Source: Cetorhinus maximus (Eukaryota). From it: a stretch of 64,000 nucleotides of DNA. Shown piece after piece: positions 60,828 through 64,000 of this stretch. Under the pieces are notes generated by a model, which had not been told where the DNA came from, searched no databases, and saw only the letters and a program-made list of their open reading frames with translations. Both the position numbers and the translations under genes were made by a program. Location: NCBI RefSeq assembly GCF_964194155.1, contig NC_135905.1, forward strand, positions 10,850,001 to 10,914,000, in the 5' to 3' direction. Each line of letters starts with the position of its first letter. Positions within the stretch are counted from its first letter, which is position 1.

Positions 60828-63800
60828 CTTGTTGCTGCCCCTGCTAAAAATCTTCACCAACGTTCAAAAGTGAAGCTGTTCCCATGCGCCTTTGTCCTTT
60901 TGGGTGCTAGAAGACAGTGGTTTGGCAGGTGCTGCTGATAAAGACTTAATGAGCTACTGTTTCGCATCCTGAGGCTAATATATGATGCAGTGATAGAAAG
61001 TGGAAAGGAAGGGGTGTTTTAGCATGAGGATGGGATCCAGTCAAGCGGACTGCTTTGCCATGTAAGTTGTCAGGCTTTTGTTACAGCAGCACCCATCCAG
61101 ACATCGGAAACGATTCCGCCACACACTTGGTAGTTCAAAGCTACGACTCTACCCCCCAGAAAGCCATTGTGACAAGGCCAACTGATAATTTCAAATGATT
61201 GATAAATGTTTGGCAGTCACAGAAATTAAGGGTCGAGTTAATACTAGCGAGACAGGTTTGATGGGCTGAATGGTCTACTCTTGTTCATATATTCCTATCA
61301 CACTTCTGACTTGTGCCTTGTAGTTCCATCGACAGCAGGGTTTTAGATGCCATGGACCATCCCATAATGGTGCATTTGCATTAAATGCAATAATGTGTTG
61401 ATATATATCTTGTTCCTAGACTGTTTTATATAGGTTCTCATAGGGAAGGAGCCAAAGACAGGTATTTTGACTTGGTAAAGGGCTGTTGCATTATCCTAAT
61501 AAGGTTTGTCTTTGTAAAGGGCTCAAATAAACCAAACAACACCTACAAAAAGAATGATTAGCAGATAGTGAAATAATGAATGAAACAGAAATGGCAGGAT
61601 TCAGCTTGAGGAATGAATGATACACCTGTGCTGACTGACAATGGAAATAGGGGAAAAAAGGGAAAGGAAGACCTCAGCAAAGAAAACAGTCAAGTTTGGT
61701 CAGAGTTTGCTGAGATCGGAAATGAGCCATGATTTCTATAGAAATAGGGATGAGCGAAAATGCCCATACATTTACTGTCAAATATTCTGATACACAATTT
61801 ATACCCAACAGAAGCACTTCAGTGTCCTCATTCATTTAGCAAGCCATTTGATTCTTCTAATCATTTTTAAAAGTAGTTTTTTTCCCTGCAGAAGGTGCAT
61901 CCACCTCTCCATTTGAATCTAATCAGTGTGACCTGGCATCAAGGAATATACACCACATTCCTTTTGTAAATATGAAGTGTGACCAACTCCATAGTGAAGC
62001 ACACTTTGTTATAATGAAATGTTACTCTGTACCTTGTATTATTGAATACATCGTAAATATAAATGTAATCACACTCTAAAATGCACAAGGCAGTAACACT
62101 ATGAAGATGGTACAACATGTTAATGGATAAGATATTATGTAATCATTCATCTTGCGTTACCAAAATAGAAGGGTCTACGGGCCATGACACCAAACTTGGT
62201 GATAAACAAGCAAAGTTCCTGAATTCAGGGTAGCAACGATTTATCGGCTCTCAGTTAGTCTATTGTGTATCCCATAGCAATCCTTGTTTGGACACACACA
62301 TGGCCGCTCATTCACTGTCGCTGGGTCAAAATCCTGGGACTCCCTTCCTAACAGCACTGTGGGTGTACCTACACCACATGGACTGCGGTGGTTCAAGAAG
62401 GCAGCTCACCACCACCTTCTCAAGGACAATTAAGGATGGGCAATAAATGCTGGCCCAGCCAGCGAAGCCCACATCCCACGAATTCATTTTTAAAAATCAT
62501 GGATACTGTACTTCCATTAATTCTTAAATACTGCTGTCTACCTTTGTTCTGTTCAGTGAGCATCTATATCAATACTGGACATCTTAAAGTTTTGGGATGA
62601 TGTATTTCCTTATTTGTCTGTAGTGAAGATATTATTAAGAAATTGTATGCGAGTTAAATGAGAGGACATAAAGCTTATGTGCTCAGAATCGATAAGCCTG
62701 TCTGCAGTGAATGCAACAGAAATCTCAATGAGATGCTGCACAGTTGGGTAAGCTGTGATCAAAGAGTTAGGGTCGAAACTAAATACAGGATGTGATCTAC
62801 ATCCTTCTCTGATGAATTTACAATTGTTTGACTCTTAGGTCTACTGGTTGAGCAGGAAAAGATCCAGGCATGTTTAACAAACTGCTAAATGTGGTATCAG
62901 GTAGAAGTCCGATGCCTGACGCAGGTGCTGATTGATACCGGGGGGAATTAAGACACAGGCACTAGAGTAAATGGAATGAAGAGGCACATCAGTTGGATGC
63001 TCTGTAACATGACACAGGAGCAGGTGGGGCTGAAAGTGATCCTGGGCTGAACATTACAGGTTCTAAATAGTGCACGATGCTTCTTTAATGAACAACAAAG
63101 GTTCACCAAGGGGGGAAAAAAAATTGTTAATAGTTTCAAAACGCAGCATGGTCAGAAAAATTAAAACTGAAATAGGAATGAAAATAAAAAAGAGAAATCT
63201 CTGGAAATATCTTGTAAATTATTCAACATTGAAAAGGGAAATCTATTTAATATTTCAGCAGAATCACCGCAGGTCTGCCATTGCTCTGCAGGAGTGTTTC
63301 CCTATTTAGAAATGATCACAACATATGATACATGGTAATTATCGTAGTCTTCTGCATTTAGGGTTATGGCATCAGGATGTGTTTGCACCATAACCGCAGC
63401 TTTGCACGGATGCTGATGTTATGGTGCTGCTCCAACCGGAATCCGGACCAAAGTAGAGTGACACTCCTCGGTGGAGCTCTTCCCAACCCACCTCCCTTCA
63501 GTGACAGCTTGGATCTTGAAATTCAATTTGCAACTGCACAAATTTTACCATTGGTGTGAAGCTGAAACCACTACATGGTGACACTAAAACTCGCCGTGTG
63601 AAAATACTGTTTATCTCTGCGGTCCCCTCCTAGAATTGGGTTAAAACCGTATAGGGGCAAAGGCTGCCTCAGAGCTACTGGTGAAAAGTAACAATGAAAT
63701 TCTGCCTTCTGGATCATGTGCCTGGCAACATATGGACAACAACAACACAGGCCCTTGGTGCTAGCAACAACTTTATTGTCCTTTACTTTATTATCTCCTA

Positions 63801-64000
63801 CCAAACCAGTGGCTCTACAGTCCAATTAAATGACAGGAAACAGGGTGGAGGCTGTATCTTCCGCATAATATATTACAGAATTTCGTTGTCCCATTCATTA
63901 TTAAGCTAACTCAGTCCAGTTGGTGAGTTCATTCATACGAGATCTCTTGTTTGATTTTTCCCATGAAGGAGCTTCTGCATTTTTTTTGCATGCCAAATTC

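Overview
Eukaryotic, repeat-rich vertebrate genomic DNA, most likely from a cartilaginous fish (shark). This is inferred from DeuSINE/SacSINE1-like SINEs, CR1 LINEs, Penelope-type short elements and a 4-module IRBP. Three spliced genes can be reconstructed by hand with GT-AG junctions and consistent phases. (1) The first six coding exons of an anthrax-toxin-receptor (ANTXR1-like, in the ANTXRL syntenic position) gene lie on the minus strand, with ATG at 19944; the gene runs off the left edge. (2) A complete 3-coding-exon PRDM8-like/ZNF488 gene with an intact PR/SET domain lies on the plus strand (29115-33787, 544 aa). (3) A complete 4-exon RBP3/IRBP gene lies on the minus strand (53729-40849, 1214 aa). 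This matches the ANTXRL-ZNF488-RBP3 block of other vertebrates. The window also holds decayed orphan histone H4 and H2A copies inserted into other repeats, a 35/38-bp minisatellite, a purine tract with an assembly gap, a solo LTR with a 5-bp TSD, and many LINE/SINE fragments. The most notable non-obvious signal is a family of about 10 short Penelope-type elements. They often form fold-back insertions with 11-15 bp target-site duplications and carry a minimal hammerhead-ribozyme motif; the most intact copy is at 54391-54429 on the minus strand. All calls were made by eye; no database search or folding program was run.
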